DNA of 64,000 nucleotides from Pseudovirgaria hyperparasitica (Eukaryota): NCBI GenBank assembly GCA_010093815.1, contig ML996565.1; one strand, 5' to 3'. Shown piece by piece: positions 62,334 to 64,000 of this stretch (position 1 is its first letter; each line of letters starts with the position of its first letter). The notes under the pieces were generated by a model. It saw only the letters and a program-made list of their open reading frames with translations, ran no database searches and was not told where the DNA came from. The position numbers and the translations under genes were made by a program.

Positions 62334-64000
62334 TACGAATTATCAGATCTTCTTGATTGTATGGGGTGATGGTCTCTGTATGAGTGGTCGCGGACCGACG
62401 CTGGCTTTCCCAGTCGTGGAAGTGTTTCGAAAGAGCGACGATTCGTGCCGAGTCCACGTTGGGTGAATGGTAGACGATGAAGTCTTCAAGAGAGTGTTGA
62501 AGTGTTAGCACCGGACAAGGCTGTTTGTAATGATGCAGGACCCGTTTTAGTCTATGCTGAGATGACAAGAACAAAATTGGAGATCAGGTTTGTCTCAAGA
62601 AGTCTTCTTCAAAGGGAGTTCCATTCATGAAGCGTAGTCTCGAGCGATAAAAATCTTGTGGAGACAGAAGAGTACTGAGGATCAAGCTGCCTTTTAGCTC
62701 GAGATTCAATTGTCCGATAGTTATTGTCGGCGCACTGGAGAGTAAAGTCGTAACGCACGAGGATGAGGATCGAGATCTTTAGGGAGAGCAGGACGTGGTG
62801 TAGGGACGGGAGCCAATAAACAGGCCAGATTGCGGCCTGGAGAAGCAGACGAGGGATTACAAAAATGTGATTAGGAAGTGTGTAGAAGACTGAACCGGAC
62901 AGGAACAGAGATGGAAGCGCAAGGTCAAAGAGGCGGAAGTGGTGTGTGCGAAGGATGGAGGATAAGGAGGACGGAGGTGTCGGAAAAGGTTGTGGTGAGA
63001 GCTTGTTTCACACTTCTAGGTAGGATGGAGTGCTGCGTAATGGAGGTCACGTGTGCTCGCGGCCCCTAAAAATAAGACGACGCTGCAGCCAGTTTCGAGG
63101 GTCGAGGAAATGAGAGAAGGCCAGAAGGTGAAGATTATTCACATTCAGGAAGATGAACGCAGGTAATTAAGTGGACCGCTGTCGCACCTCGTTCGCTTGA
63201 GGGTTGGCTCTTGAAGGGCAAACTGGAAGCATGTACGTTTCGCAGCCAGACAAGCACGTTCGTTCAACACAATTAATAACATCCAAAGTTCCAGGTCTGC
63301 GGGCTTCGACATTCTATGACCTGGCCTGTTCTGAGGGCCAGAACCATAAAGAATATGGTATTATCATATTATGGTACATATCACCTACAGCATGGCGTCG
63401 CCTTGCTCACTGACTACTGCACACTGCGCCTCCACCTTTGGCCTTGCAGCAAAAGATACCTGAAACAAGCTAACATCACCCGCCACTGGTCCGGTCAGAA
63501 ACGAACTTGGAAACACGCTCTGTTACCGCCCTAGCACTGAATCTAGCCTCCTTGAAGCCAACCGTTGTTGATACCCCGGCTTTTATAAAGCCTACTTGAT
63601 CCCTCTTTCCCCATACCACCGAGTAGATCACTATTCTGATGATGCTCGTTATAAATGCCCATAGGGGAAAAAATTGTGCATTCGGTATACCATTCCTCGT
63701 GTCCTCTACAACCAAGCCCTATTACACGGACCTGGTGAGGTACGATGGGATCTGTAGAAAAACGGACCAGTGACACGTCATATTGGTAATCATACGATAT
63801 AATGATCGTTCGACAGAATTTCTAGCTGCGCGCTACTACAGTAACATCATCAGATGGCTTTAACAGAGTATTATCAGTCGCCATCACCGCGTTGTCACCG
63901 ATGACATCTCGTCCCAGCCTACTGGTCCGACGTTCTCCGTGCTCATGTTCATGCTTTATCATAAACGGACGCATTGATTGTGTACATCCTGCCGAGGCCT

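Noticed and set aside
63820..64000. Open frame on the minus strand running off the window end
   Set aside because: About 58 codons with no recognisable motif; cannot be called without flanking sequence.

Overview
Eukaryotic genomic DNA from a filamentous ascomycete (Pezizomycotina). It has short GT-AG introns with CTRAC branch points, one assembly gap, and no rRNA, tRNA, CRISPR array or intact transposon that I could recognise. I reconstructed 17 protein-coding genes by hand, including one (Mediator Med22) absent from the ORF track. The window has three zones. (1) 1-8 kb is an accessory-looking island with TpA-rich, RIP-like flanks: a frameshifted secreted M35/aspzincin-like metalloprotease sits head-to-head with a ~1480-aa secreted modular protein (8 six-Cys modules, Gly-Ser-Pro and Gly-Ala repeats, an Arg/His/Pro cationic tract and a possible Ecp2/KP4-like C-terminal domain). 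This is the best candidate for an undescribed system. (2) 8-41 kb holds SnoaL-like, RraA/HMG aldolase, CLC transporter, a poly-His/PTS1 microprotein, multicopper oxidase, DUF2439, BAR-SH3, EBP-like and CBM21 PP1-targeting genes. From ~13.9 kb to ~39.6 kb much of it is saturated with microsatellites, including a ~12.5-kb gene desert. (3) 41-64 kb is housekeeping: BolA, USP34-like, Med22, eIF5 (with poor-context uAUGs), THI6 (GC-AG intron) and a Jsn1/Puf2-like gene (GAG acceptor). All family calls come from motif recognition, not database searches.
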